Positions 43,751 to 53,405 of a stretch of DNA of 64,000 bases are shown piece after piece. The DNA comes from Micrococcus sp. GTDB taxonomy: Bacteria; Actinomycetota; Actinomycetes; Actinomycetales; Micrococcaceae. The position numbers and the translations under genes were made by a program. Every line of letters starts with the position of its first letter. The first letter of the stretch is position 1. The stretch covers positions 6,487 through 70,486 of the forward strand of contig NZ_JAXFPG010000047.1 of NCBI RefSeq assembly GCF_034179925.1, in the 5' to 3' direction. The notes beneath the pieces were generated by a model. The model was given only the letters and a program-made list of their open reading frames with translations, was not told where the DNA came from and did not search any database.

Positions 43751-44548
43751 TCAGCGCGGCTCGAGGCGGACGGCGCCGTCGAGGCGGATGGTCTCCCCGT
43801 TGAGGAACGGGTTGGCGAGGATCTGCTCCACGAGCAGGGCGTAGTCCTCGGGCCGGCCCAGGCGGGCCGGGTGCGGGGTCTTGGTGGCCAGGGACTGCCG
43901 GGCGGTCTCGGGCAGCCCGGCCATCATGGGGGTCTCCATAAGCCCGGGGGCGATCGTCACCACGCGGATCTGGGAGGCGGCGAGCTCACGTGCGGCCGGC
44001 AGCGTCAGGGAGTGCACGGCCCCCTTGGAGGCGGAGTAGGCGATCTGCCCGATCTGCCCGTCGAAGGCGGCCACGGAGGCGGTGTTGACGATCACGCCGC
44101 GGTCCTCGCCCCAGAGTTCCTGCTCCTTCATGGCGGCTGCGGCGTGGCCCATGAACACCACGGTGCCGCCCACGTTGATGGACAGGACCCTCATCAGCGC
44201 GTCCGCAGGCAGCGGGCCGTCCCGGCCGACGAGCTTGCCGGGGGTGGCCACGCCGGCGCAGTTGACGAGCACACGCAGCGGCCCGGCCTCGCAGGCGGCG
44301 GCGACGGCGTCGGCCGCGGTCTGCTCGGAGGTCACGTCCCCGGGGACGAACCGGGCCCGCTCCCCCAGCGCGGCGACGGCGTCGGCGCGGAGGCTCTCGC
44401 CCTCGCGGTCCGGCAGGTCCACCACCACGACGGCGGCACCCGCCTCGGCGAGGCGGCGCGCGGTGGCGTGCCCCAAGCCGGAGGCCCCTCCGGTGATGAT
44501 CGCACTGGTGCCCTGCAGCTGGAGGCCCTGACGGCTGTTCTTCGCCAT
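43751..44548 (-). CDS. SDR oxidoreductase (3-hydroxyacyl-CoA dehydrogenase type 2-like)
   Basis: TGGASGLG, NCAG, NTAS and YSASKG. Confidence 0.88.
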   Translation of the reverse strand: MAKNSRQGLQLQGTSAIITGGASGLGHATARRLAEAGAAVVVVDLPDREGESLRADAVAALGERARFVPGDVTSEQTAADAVAAACEAGPLRVLVNCAGVATPGKLVGRDGPLPADALMRVLSINVGGTVVFMGHAAAAMKEQELWGEDRGVIVNTASVAAFDGQIGQIAYSASKGAVHSLTLPAARELAASQIRVVTIAPGLMETPMMAGLPETARQSLATKTPHPARLGRPEDYALLVEQILANPFLNGETIRLDGAVRLEPR

Positions 44549-44664
44549 GGTTCCGCCCTCTCCGCCTCCGGGGATCCTCCCGAGGCTGATAGTTGCATGT
44601 CCTAGATTCCGGCCCTAGATTACCTCGTGAGTGAACCAGATCACATCCCCCTGAGGAGTCCGCC

Positions 44665-46173
44665 ATGACCACCGACCACCCCGTGATCCCCCACTTCATC
44701 GACGGCGCCCGCACCACCGCCCCCGAGCCCCGCACCAGCGACGTCTTCGACCCCTCCACCGGACGCGTCCAGGCCCGGGTGGCCCTGGCCTCCGAGGACG
44801 AGGTGCGTGCCGCCGTCGACTCCGCCGAGCGCGCCTTCGGCACCTGGTCCGCCCTGAATCCGCAGCGGCGGGCCCGGATCCTCCTGCGCTGGGTGGACCT
44901 GATCAACGAGCACGCCGACGAGCTCGCCCGGACGCTCTCGAAGGAGCACGGCAAGACCTTCCCGGACGCGAAGGGGGACATTCAGCGCGGCGTGGAGGTG
45001 GTGGAGTTCGCCGCCGGCGCCCCCCACCTGCTCAAGGGGGAGTTCTCCTCCGACGCCGGCACCGGCATCGACGTGCACAGCCTGCGCCAGCCGCTCGGCG
45101 TCGTCGCAGGCATCACCCCGTTCAACTTCCCGGCGATGATCCCGCTGTGGAAGGCCGGCATCGCCCTGGCCGCCGGCAACACGTTCGTGCTCAAGCCCTC
45201 CGAGCGGGACCCCTCCGTGCCCGTGCGCCTGGCCGAGCTGGCCCTCGAGGCCGGCATGCCCGCCGGTACCCTCAACGTGGTTCACGGGGACAAGTCCGCC
45301 GTGGACGCGCTCATCGACGACCCGCGCGTGCAGGCCGTGGGCTTCGTGGGCTCGACGCCGATCGCCCAGTCCATCTACGAGCACGCCGCCCGGCGCGGCA
45401 AGCGCGCCCAGTGCTTCGGCGGAGCCAAGAACCACGCCGTGATCCTCCCGGATGCGGACCTCGAGATGGCCGCGGACGCCCTGGTCGGGGCCGCCTTCGG
45501 CTCCGCGGGCGAGCGCTGCATGGCGATCTCCGTGGCCGTGCCCGTGGGCGAGGAGACCGCAGACCGGCTCGTGGCCCTGCTGCGCGAGCGCATCCAGGCC
45601 CTGACCGTGGGGCCCTCGCTCGAGGAGTCCTCGGACTTCGGCCCGGTGGTCTCCGCGCAGGCCAGGGCGCGGATCGAGGAGCTGATCCAGGTCGGCGTGG
45701 ACGAGGGCGCTGAGCTCGTCGTGGACGGCCGGGGTGTGCAGGTGCCCGACCACGAGGACGGCTTCTACGTGGGAGCCACCCTCTTCGACCGCGTCACCCC
45801 GGGCATGCGCATCCACCGCGAGGAGATCTTCGGTCCCGTGCTCTGCGTGGTCCGCGCGAAGGACTACGAGGAGGCCCTGGCCCTGCCCAGCGAGCACGAG
45901 TTCGGCAACGGCGTGGCCGTGTTCACGCGCGACGGCGACGCCGCCCGGGACTTCGCCACCCGGGTGGACGTGGGCATGGTCGGCGTCAACGTGCCGATCC
46001 CGGTGCCGATCGCCTACTACACGTTCGGCGGCTGGAAGGCCTCCGGGTTCGGGGATCTCAACCAGCACGGCCCGGACGGCTTTCGCTTCTACACCAAGAC
46101 CAAGACCGTCACCACGCGCTGGCCCTCGGGCGTGCGCGAGGGCGCCAGCTTCGTGATGCCCGCCGGCTCCTGA
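44665..46173 (+). CDS. mmsA: CoA-acylating methylmalonate-semialdehyde dehydrogenase
   Basis: ITPFNFPAMIPLW, FVGSTP, GGAKNH, AGERCMA and EEIFGPV. Confidence 0.92.
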   Translation: MTTDHPVIPHFIDGARTTAPEPRTSDVFDPSTGRVQARVALASEDEVRAAVDSAERAFGTWSALNPQRRARILLRWVDLINEHADELARTLSKEHGKTFPDAKGDIQRGVEVVEFAAGAPHLLKGEFSSDAGTGIDVHSLRQPLGVVAGITPFNFPAMIPLWKAGIALAAGNTFVLKPSERDPSVPVRLAELALEAGMPAGTLNVVHGDKSAVDALIDDPRVQAVGFVGSTPIAQSIYEHAARRGKRAQCFGGAKNHAVILPDADLEMAADALVGAAFGSAGERCMAISVAVPVGEETADRLVALLRERIQALTVGPSLEESSDFGPVVSAQARARIEELIQVGVDEGAELVVDGRGVQVPDHEDGFYVGATLFDRVTPGMRIHREEIFGPVLCVVRAKDYEEALALPSEHEFGNGVAVFTRDGDAARDFATRVDVGMVGVNVPIPVPIAYYTFGGWKASGFGDLNQHGPDGFRFYTKTKTVTTRWPSGVREGASFVMPAGS

Positions 46174-46211
46174 CCGCCGGCACCCCACCGCTCGACTCGG
46201 AGGAGAACACC

Positions 46212-47126
46212 ATGACCACCGTCCTGTTCCTCGGCCTGGGCCACATGGGCGGCCCCATGGCCGCCAACCTCGTGGCCGCGGGGCACCGCGTGCTGGGCTT
46301 CGACGTCGTGCCCGCCGCCCTGGAGGCCGCCCGCACCGCCGGCGTGGAGGTCGTCGCGGACACCGTCGCGGCCGCCGCGGAGGCGGACGTGGTGCTCACG
46401 ATGCTGCCCAACGGGGCGCTCGTGCACGAGGTCTACCGGGGCCCGGCCGACGGGAGCGCCCCCGGCCTGCTGGCTGCCGCCCGCCCGGGCACGGTGTTCC
46501 TGGACTGCTCCACGATCGACGTCGCCCAGGCCCGGGAGGCGGCCGCGATGGCTGAGCAGGCGGGCATGCGGGCCGCGGACGCCCCCGTCTCCGGCGGGGT
46601 GGTGGGGGCCGAGGCCGGCACACTCGCGTTCATGGTGGGCGCCTCGGACGAGGTGTTCGCCGAGGTCCTCCCGCTGCTGGAGGTGATGGGCCGGCGGATC
46701 GTGCACTGCGGCGGGCCGGGCCTGGGCCAGGCCGCGAAGGTGTGCAACAACATGGTGCTGGGCATCACGCAGATCGCGGTGGCGGAGGCGTTCGTGCTCG
46801 GCGAGCGGCTAGGCCTGGAGCACCAGGCGCTGTACGACGTGATGAGCGAGGCCTCCGGCCAGTGCTGGGCGCTGACCACCAACTGCCCCGTGCCCGGGCC
46901 GGTGCCCGGCTCCCCCGCGAACCGGGGTTTCCAGCCCGGGTTCGCCGGGGCCCTGATGCTCAAGGACCTCACCCTTGCCCTGCAGGCCCTGGACAGCCAG
47001 GGTGTTGAGGGAGGCCTGGGCCGCGCCGCCCAGGCGATCTACGCGGAGTACGCGGCCGGCGAGGGCGCAGGCCGAGACTTCTCCGGGATCATCGAGACCA
47101 TCCGCGCCGCCGAGAAGGAGCACTGA
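46212..47126 (+). CDS. mmsB: 3-hydroxyisobutyrate dehydrogenase
   Basis: FLGLGHMGGPMA, DAPVSGG and AKVCNN. Confidence 0.9.
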   Translation: MTTVLFLGLGHMGGPMAANLVAAGHRVLGFDVVPAALEAARTAGVEVVADTVAAAAEADVVLTMLPNGALVHEVYRGPADGSAPGLLAAARPGTVFLDCSTIDVAQAREAAAMAEQAGMRAADAPVSGGVVGAEAGTLAFMVGASDEVFAEVLPLLEVMGRRIVHCGGPGLGQAAKVCNNMVLGITQIAVAEAFVLGERLGLEHQALYDVMSEASGQCWALTTNCPVPGPVPGSPANRGFQPGFAGALMLKDLTLALQALDSQGVEGGLGRAAQAIYAEYAAGEGAGRDFSGIIETIRAAEKEH

Positions 47127-47129
47127 ACC

Positions 47130-47951
47130 ATGGCCGAGCAGCCCGCCGCACCGCAGACCGACCCCGAGCCCCAGGCCGACCCCGACTCCCCCGTGATCGT
47201 GGAGCAGGACGGCCGGGTGGGCCGCATCCGGCTGAACCGGCCGAAGGCGCTGAACGCGCTGAACGCGGCGACCATGGACGCGGTGGTGGGGGCCGCCGTC
47301 GCCTTCGACGCGGACCCGGAGGTCGGCGCGATCCTGCTGCTGGGCTCCGAGAAGGCCTTCGCCGCCGGCGCCGACATCAAGGAGATGAAGGACAAGTCCG
47401 CAGCCGAGATGTACGCTGCGGACTGGTTCCGCCGCTGGGAGGATCTCACCCGCCTGCGCACCCCGATCGTGGCGTGCGTGCAGGGCTACGCCCTGGGCGG
47501 CGGCTGCGAGCTGGCGATGATGGCGGACGTGCTGATCGCCGCCCGGTCGGCACAGTTCGGCCAGCCGGAGATCACCCTGGGCGTGATGCCCGGCATGGGT
47601 GGCTCCCAGCGGCTGACCCGTTCGGTGGGCAAGGCCAAGGCCATGGACATGGTGCTCACCGGCCGGAGGGTCGGGGCTGAGGAGGCCGAGCGCATGGGTC
47701 TGGTCTCCCGGCTCGTGGAGGATGAGGAGGCGGTGGCCGTGGCCGAGGAGGTCGCCGCCACGATCGCCGGGTTCTCCAAGCCGGCCGCGCAGATGAACAA
47801 GGAGGCGGTGCTCGCCGCGTTCGAGACCCCGCTCACCCAGGGGCTGGTGTTCGAGCGCCGGATCTTCCACGGACTGTTCTCCTCGGAGGACCAGGCCGAG
47901 GGCATGGCCGCGTTCGCTGAGAAGCGCCGCCCCGTGTGGACCCACCGCTGA
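47130..47951 (+). CDS. Enoyl-CoA hydratase
   Basis: [19 protein letters not shown] and FGQPEITLG. Confidence 0.9.
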   Translation: MAEQPAAPQTDPEPQADPDSPVIVEQDGRVGRIRLNRPKALNALNAATMDAVVGAAVAFDADPEVGAILLLGSEKAFAAGADIKEMKDKSAAEMYAADWFRRWEDLTRLRTPIVACVQGYALGGGCELAMMADVLIAARSAQFGQPEITLGVMPGMGGSQRLTRSVGKAKAMDMVLTGRRVGAEEAERMGLVSRLVEDEEAVAVAEEVAATIAGFSKPAAQMNKEAVLAAFETPLTQGLVFERRIFHGLFSSEDQAEGMAAFAEKRRPVWTHR

Positions 47952-47952
47952 A

Positions 47953-48039
47953 CTCCCGTTCGAGAGACGGGAGCTCCCCCAGGCACTTCCGTTCGAGAAA
48001 CAGGAGGTCTCCGGCCCCTTCCCGTTCGAGAAACTGGAG
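47953..48039. repeat. Intergenic 33-nt-period array of three 21-nt hairpin units
   Basis: CTCCCGTTCGAGAGACGGGAG, CTTCCGTTCGAGAAACAGGAG and TTCCCGTTCGAGAAACTGGAG at 47953, 47986 and 48019. Confidence 0.8.
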
Positions 48040-48081
48040 ACCCCACACCGACGACGACGCCCCCACCCCAGGAGCCCCACC

Positions 48082-49224
48082 ATGACCGACACCCCCCAGC
48101 CCGCCTCCGCCGACGAGATCCTCGTCGAGACCGCCGACGGCGTCGCACTGCTCACCCTGAACCGCCCTCACGCCCTCAACGCGCTCTCCCACGGCATGGT
48201 CGTGGCGATCCGCGAGCGCCTCGAAGACTGGGCGCAGGACGATGCGGTGCGGGCCGTCGTCGTGCGCGGGGCAGGGGAGCGCGGGCTGTGCGCCGGCGGG
48301 GACGTGGTGTCCCTGCGGCAGAGGATCGTGGCCGGCCACCCCGAGGAGGCGATGGAGTACTTCCGGGACGAGTACCGGATGAACCACCTGATCTCCGTGT
48401 TCCCCAAGCCGTACGTGGCGTTCATGGACGGGTTCGTGCTCGGCGGCGGGGTGGGCGTCTCGGCGCACGGCACGCACCGGGTGGCCACCGAGCGCACCCG
48501 CCTGGGCATGCCGGAGACCGGCATCGGCTTCACGCCCGACGTCGGCGGGTCCTGGCTGCTGGCCCGCGCACCGCACCGCCTGGGCCGGCACCTGGGCCTC
48601 ACCTCGGAGTTCGCGACCGGTGCCGACGCCGTGGCCCTCGGGTTCGCGGACGTGCTGGTGCCCTCCGGCTCCCTCGACGCCGTCCTGGCGGACCTGCGCG
48701 CCGCCCTCCGGGACGCGGACGCCGGGCAGGAGACGGCCGACGCTGTGGACGCGGTGCTGGCCCGGCACGCCCAGGACCCGGGTGAGGCCCCCCTGCTGAC
48801 CGCCGCAGCCTGGCTCGAACAGGCCTACGGGCACGACACCGCCGCCGAGGTGATCGCCGCCCTGGAGGCCGTCGCCGCCGAGCATGAGGACGAGGCCGCC
48901 CGCGAGCACGCCCGCACCACCGCCGAGACCCTGCGGGCGAAGTCCCCCACCTCGGTGGCCGTGACCCTCGAGGCGCTGCGCCGGCTCGAGGCACGCACGG
49001 GTGAGGCCGGCCGCCGTGAGGGTGCCCGGCTGGGCCTGGAGCAGGAGTTCGACGTGGCCGCCCACATGGTGCGCGGCCACGACATGCCCGAGGGCATCCG
49101 GGCGCAGCTCGTGGACAAGGACCGCAGCCCGCAGTGGAGCCCCGCCCGGGTGGAGGACGTGACCGCCGAGGACGTCGCCGCACACTTCGCCCCCGCCCCG
49201 GACGGTCCCCTGCGGCTGGGCTGA
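48082..49224 (+). CDS. 3-hydroxyisobutyryl-CoA hydrolase (crotonase family)
   Basis: LCAGGDV, YFRDEY, MDGFVLGGG, MPETGIGF and EGIRAQLVDKD. Confidence 0.87.
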   Translation: MTDTPQPASADEILVETADGVALLTLNRPHALNALSHGMVVAIRERLEDWAQDDAVRAVVVRGAGERGLCAGGDVVSLRQRIVAGHPEEAMEYFRDEYRMNHLISVFPKPYVAFMDGFVLGGGVGVSAHGTHRVATERTRLGMPETGIGFTPDVGGSWLLARAPHRLGRHLGLTSEFATGADAVALGFADVLVPSGSLDAVLADLRAALRDADAGQETADAVDAVLARHAQDPGEAPLLTAAAWLEQAYGHDTAAEVIAALEAVAAEHEDEAAREHARTTAETLRAKSPTSVAVTLEALRRLEARTGEAGRREGARLGLEQEFDVAAHMVRGHDMPEGIRAQLVDKDRSPQWSPARVEDVTAEDVAAHFAPAPDGPLRLG

Positions 49225-49228
49225 GCCC

Positions 49229-50242
49229 GTGGCCCCGCGCCCGGGTACCCTCGGGGTCGTGCCCGAGAACCCCGCCGCCGTCCTGCCCGCCCACGAGACC
49301 GCCGCCGACGGCGATCCCACCATGACCGGCCCACGCCGCCTGCCACTGGGCCACCCGGAGCAGCTCGCAGGCCTGCGGAGGGTGCCGCAGGTGGAGGTGC
49401 TGCCGGACGGGGCGCTGCACCCGGGCGACTGGGAGCTGGGCCCGTGGGTGCAGGACCTGGACGGCCGGCCCACGGGAGCGGCCGCCACCGTGGCGGTGGA
49501 CAACCTCACCGCGGTCACCCTGCACTGGGCGGCCCGCGAGCAGATCCGCTCCGTGGTGACCACGCAGCTGCAGGTGAACGTGCTCCGCCCCCTGCCCGCG
49601 TTCGACCCCGAGGATCCGGCGGACCGCCCGCGGTTGCGGATGCGGGGGGTCCCCCTGATGCACGACGCCCTCGGCGGTGTGGCCCGGGGCCGTCTCGTGG
49701 GCGACGACGGCACGGTGTACGTGGAGGCCACCGGCTGGTTCCAGTCCGTGCCGGACCGCTCGGCGGACGGGGCGGAGACGTTCGTGGCGACGGCGGCCCT
49801 GCCCTTGGAGGACGAGGAGCGGGCCTCGATGGCGGCGCTCACGGCCGTGGTGCCGGAGTCGGTGCCCGTCCCCCGGCCGGGTGAGCGCCCGGTGGTGCAG
49901 CAGACCGCCGCGCCCTCCCTGCGCTTTCGCCCGGAGCCGCGCCTGGACAATGCCGGCGCCATGACGCACGGCGGCATCCAAACGATGCGGGCGGTGCTGG
50001 CCGCGCAGGCCGCTCTGCCGGACCGGCAGGACTACGAGGTGCAGGCGGTGGAGGTGGCCTTCACTCGCCCGGGCCTGGGTGAGCAGGTGGCCCTGACCCG
50101 TGTGCGGCACGCCGGGCGGAGCCTGCGGATCGTGGAGGTGGACCTGGTGGGGCTGGACGTGGCCACCGGGGAGCCGCAGGTGGGCCGCCCCTCGATCCAG
50201 GCGCAGATCAGCTTCCGGGCGGCGGATCGGCCTCGGGGCTGA
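49229..50242 (+). CDS. Double hot-dog fold (PaaI/thioesterase-like) protein
   Basis: HGGIQ motif and two hot-dog-like halves; start uncertain. Confidence 0.6.
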   Translation: MAPRPGTLGVVPENPAAVLPAHETAADGDPTMTGPRRLPLGHPEQLAGLRRVPQVEVLPDGALHPGDWELGPWVQDLDGRPTGAAATVAVDNLTAVTLHWAAREQIRSVVTTQLQVNVLRPLPAFDPEDPADRPRLRMRGVPLMHDALGGVARGRLVGDDGTVYVEATGWFQSVPDRSADGAETFVATAALPLEDEERASMAALTAVVPESVPVPRPGERPVVQQTAAPSLRFRPEPRLDNAGAMTHGGIQTMRAVLAAQAALPDRQDYEVQAVEVAFTRPGLGEQVALTRVRHAGRSLRIVEVDLVGLDVATGEPQVGRPSIQAQISFRAADRPRG

Positions 50243-50339
50243 CGGGTCCGCTCCGGGGACGCTGACACATCCGCTGCAGAAACGACCCTTCTGAGCGGCT
50301 CTCACCGCCTCAGAAGGGTCGTTTCTGCAGCAGATCCGG
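50221..50339. repeat. 119-nt direct repeat copy 1 (contains a family A palindrome)
   Basis: 6 mismatches versus 50806-50924; perfect 23-bp stem GCTGCAGAAACGACCCTTCTGAG/CTCAGAAGGGTCGTTTCTGCAGC. Confidence 0.9.
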
Positions 50340-50377
50340 GCGGGCCATTCCCGTGCTCGGCAGGAGAGGATGGGCAC

Positions 50378-50827
50378 ATGAAGGAGACAGCAATGATGCG
50401 TTTCTGGCGGTGGCGGATCGGGGCGGCCTCCGCGCTCGTGGGGGTGGCCGGCGTCGTCTCGGGGCTGCGCGACCAGCTGGGCCTGGTCTGGGGCCTCGGC
50501 ATGATGGCCGCCGCCGTGCTCGGCGTCCTTCTGGCCCTGCGGGGAGTGCACCACCGGGTGGATCAGGAGGAGGCTCGCCGCCGTCCCTTCTACACGGGCA
50601 CAGGTGCCACGGCGTGGCTGCTGGTGGTACTGCTCGGCACCGGCATACTTCCGGGGGTCCTCGTGGGCCTCCTGCCGGAGGGCTCAGCGCGGTCCCTGGC
50701 GGCGGGGATGATCGGCGTCGGGCTGGCCTCGGCCTCGCACGGCATCCTGGCCGCGACGACGACCCCCGAGCCCCAGCCGCGGCCCGACCCCGTGCCCCTG
50801 GGCCGGGCGGATCGGCCTCGGGGCTGA
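50378..50827 (+). CDS. Small four-TM membrane protein between the direct repeats
   Basis: Hydrophobic segments; AGGAGAGG upstream; ends inside repeat copy 2. Confidence 0.6.
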   Translation: MKETAMMRFWRWRIGAASALVGVAGVVSGLRDQLGLVWGLGMMAAAVLGVLLALRGVHHRVDQEEARRRPFYTGTGATAWLLVVLLGTGILPGVLVGLLPEGSARSLAAGMIGVGLASASHGILAATTTPEPQPRPDPVPLGRADRPRG

Positions 50828-50924
50828 CGGGTCCGCTGCGGGAACGCTGACAGATCCGCTGCGGAAACGACCCTTCTGAGCGGCTCTCACCGCCTCAGAA
50901 GGGTCGTTTTCGCAGCAGATCCGG
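50806..50924. repeat. 119-nt direct repeat copy 2 (contains a family A palindrome)
   Basis: Aligned by eye to 50221-50339. Confidence 0.9.
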
Positions 50925-50977
50925 AACGGGGCGAGGGCAGGGCCCGGCTCAGCGGGGCCCGGCTCAGCAGGGCCGGC

Positions 50978-52342
50978 TCAGCGCCCCACGCGGCCGAACC
51001 GCTCGGCCAGCGGGGAGATGACCGCGGGCTTGAGCAGCAGCCAGGCGGCCGCCGTGACGGCCACAGCCACCAGGAACGCCACCAGGCCCCACCAGTCCGC
51101 GGCCTGCCGGGCCAGGAACATCGCGTTGAGGTTCCGCAGCACGCCGGAGAACAGCACGAGCCCCACATGGATCACCACGAACACGATGAACAGCAGCATC
51201 ACCGGGAAGTGCACCCGGCGGGCCAGCGCCATGGGGAACGCCCGGGAGAGGGCGGCGTTCTCGGCCGGCCACCAGCTGGACATGCGGTAGCCGGTGAGCG
51301 CGGCCAGCGGCGCCAGCACGAACACCACGCCCGCATAGGACACCATCTGCAGCGCGTTGTAGTGCAGCCAGCCGTCGTGGGCGGGCCAGTCGAGCGTGGC
51401 GTACTGCAGGGCCGTGGAGACCATGTGCAGGGGGGTGTCCGGGTCTGTGGGGATGAGTCGGCGCCAGTGGCCGGTGGTCAGGGTGAGCACCACGTACACC
51501 AGGCCGTTGAGCACCCACAGCACGTCCAGCACCTGGTGGATCCAGATGGTCAGGGAGAACGGCCTGCCCGTGCTGCCACGGGGGGCGAACAGGCCCGGCT
51601 TCCTGGGGGTGAAGGTCGCGGGTGGCCGGGCCTCGTGCCGGATCTGCACGCCGGTGCGGATGACCAGCACGAGCAGGAACGCATTGAGGAAGTGCTGCGC
51701 GGCCAGCCACCACGGCACCCCGACGGGTGTGCTCGCCGCGTGCTCGGGCACCCCGGGGTAGCGGGCCACGAAGTCCGCGACGGCCGGCACGGTGATCAGC
51801 CAGCGGGCACCGAGCACGGCAAACAGGGCCACGACGACGGCGGCCCCCACCCCGAGCGCGATGCCTCGCCGACCGGACAGGGCCGGGAAGGAGCGGGCCG
51901 GGAGGGAGCGGCCCTCGCGGGCGCGGTCGGACGTGGAGGGTTCCGGCGCGGACGGCGCCGACGAGGACGGCGCCGACGAGGACGGTGCCGACGAGGACGG
52001 TGCCTGCGTGGGGCGGGGCCGGGTGGCCTCGGCCGGCGCGGCAGCGGGGGAGGCCGAGGCCTCCCCGGTGGCCGCAGTGGCAGCCACATCGGCGGCAGTC
52101 ACCTCAGCGGTGGCCGGCACGGCCGGAGGCCAGGGGGTGCCCCGGAACGGGGTGTAGCCGGCCATGCGGCGGCCCGGGGCCGCCGGCGCGGCAGCGATGT
52201 CCGGCGCGGCAGCCATATCCGGCGCATCGGCGACCACCGGCTCGGGCGGGCTGCCCGCGGCGGCGGGCTCCGGCGTCGTTGTGGTCACGGGCGGCCAGGG
52301 CGTGCCGCGGAACTCGGTGTACCCCTGCATGCGCTGCGGCAT
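50978..52342 (-). CDS. Cytochrome b/b6-like membrane protein with a low-complexity N-terminus
   Basis: QHFLN, WIHQVLD, YNALQ...Y, RRVHF and FVVIHV His-bearing TM motifs; RBS AAGGGGA. Confidence 0.75.
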   Translation of the reverse strand: MPQRMQGYTEFRGTPWPPVTTTTPEPAAAGSPPEPVVADAPDMAAAPDIAAAPAAPGRRMAGYTPFRGTPWPPAVPATAEVTAADVAATAATGEASASPAAAPAEATRPRPTQAPSSSAPSSSAPSSSAPSAPEPSTSDRAREGRSLPARSFPALSGRRGIALGVGAAVVVALFAVLGARWLITVPAVADFVARYPGVPEHAASTPVGVPWWLAAQHFLNAFLLVLVIRTGVQIRHEARPPATFTPRKPGLFAPRGSTGRPFSLTIWIHQVLDVLWVLNGLVYVVLTLTTGHWRRLIPTDPDTPLHMVSTALQYATLDWPAHDGWLHYNALQMVSYAGVVFVLAPLAALTGYRMSSWWPAENAALSRAFPMALARRVHFPVMLLFIVFVVIHVGLVLFSGVLRNLNAMFLARQAADWWGLVAFLVAVAVTAAAWLLLKPAVISPLAERFGRVGR

Positions 52343-52380
52343 GGACTCAGTCCCCTTCCAGGACGGGCGCGGCGGAGGGC

Positions 52381-53376
52381 TCAGCCGCGGCGGGCGGCGA
52401 GCTGCTCCAGGATCTGCGGGACCACGGCGGCCACGTCTCCGACAATGCCGAAGTCGGCGTGATCGAAGATCTCGGCGTCCTCGTTGGAGTCCACCGCCAC
52501 GATGGTCTTGGACGTCTTCATCCCGCACACGTGCTGGATGGCCCCGGAGATGCCCAGGGCGATGTACAGGTCCGGGGCCACGACCACCCCGGTCTGGCCC
52601 ACCTGGCGGTCCGCGGTGGTGAAGCCGTCGTCCACGGCCACACGGGTGGCTCCCACAGCCCCGCCGAGGGCGTCGGCGAGCGGCTCCACGAGGGTGGCGA
52701 AGCCCTCGGCCCCCACTCCGCGGCCGCCGGCCACCACGGTCTTCGCGGTGCGCAGGGCTGGGCGGTCGGTGGCGGCCTCGACCGGCTGGGAGTCCAGGAT
52801 CCGGGCTCCGGCGGTCACCGGGCGGTCGGCGGTCTCCAGTGGGTGCGTCTGCGGTGCGGCCACGGCGGCGGCGCGCTCGTCCACGGAGCCCTGGCGCAGG
52901 GTCACGATGTTCGGCCCGCCCTCCACGGTGGCCTCGGTCTCCAGGTCGCCGCCGAACACCGAGTGGCGCACCACCACCTCGCCGTCCCGCCAGGCCAGGC
53001 CCACGGCGTCGGCGCTCACGGCCCCCCGGGCGCGCACGGCCAGGCGGCCGGCCACGGCGCGGGACTCGGGGGAGTTCGGCAGGATCACGGCGTAGGGGTG
53101 GGTGGCGTCGACGGCGGCGGCGAGTGCAGCCACCTCGGCCGAGCCCATCACGGTGCCGGCCTCGGCGGTGCGGGCGGTGTGCACGGCGACGGCGCCGAGC
53201 TCCCCGAGGCGGGCCACCAGGGGTGCGGGGTCGGTGTCGGAGCCGGTGACGAGCACGGCGTGGGGCACGCCCACGAGGCTTGCGGCGCCGAGGGCCTCGG
53301 CCACAGCCGGGCGGAGGGTGCCGGCGTCGGTCAGCTCGGCCAGCACCAGGACAGGGGTATTCGGGGTGTCGGTCAT
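52381..53376 (-). CDS. etfA: Electron transfer flavoprotein alpha subunit
   Basis: VVAGGRG, GATRVAVD, QVGQTG and GISGAIQH. Confidence 0.92.
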   Translation of the reverse strand: MTDTPNTPVLVLAELTDAGTLRPAVAEALGAASLVGVPHAVLVTGSDTDPAPLVARLGELGAVAVHTARTAEAGTVMGSAEVAALAAAVDATHPYAVILPNSPESRAVAGRLAVRARGAVSADAVGLAWRDGEVVVRHSVFGGDLETEATVEGGPNIVTLRQGSVDERAAAVAAPQTHPLETADRPVTAGARILDSQPVEAATDRPALRTAKTVVAGGRGVGAEGFATLVEPLADALGGAVGATRVAVDDGFTTADRQVGQTGVVVAPDLYIALGISGAIQHVCGMKTSKTIVAVDSNEDAEIFDHADFGIVGDVAAVVPQILEQLAARRG

Positions 53377-53405
53377 GACGTCTCCTGTGGGTCGCGGTCG
53401 AGTCT

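Noticed and set aside
47953-48039. Possible mini-CRISPR array
   Set aside because: 12-nt spacers are far too short, the repeats are degenerate, and there are no cas genes in the window.
50221-50924. Integron attC cassettes
   Set aside because: No RYYYAAC/GTTRRRY core sites and no IntI in the window; kept only as an analogy.
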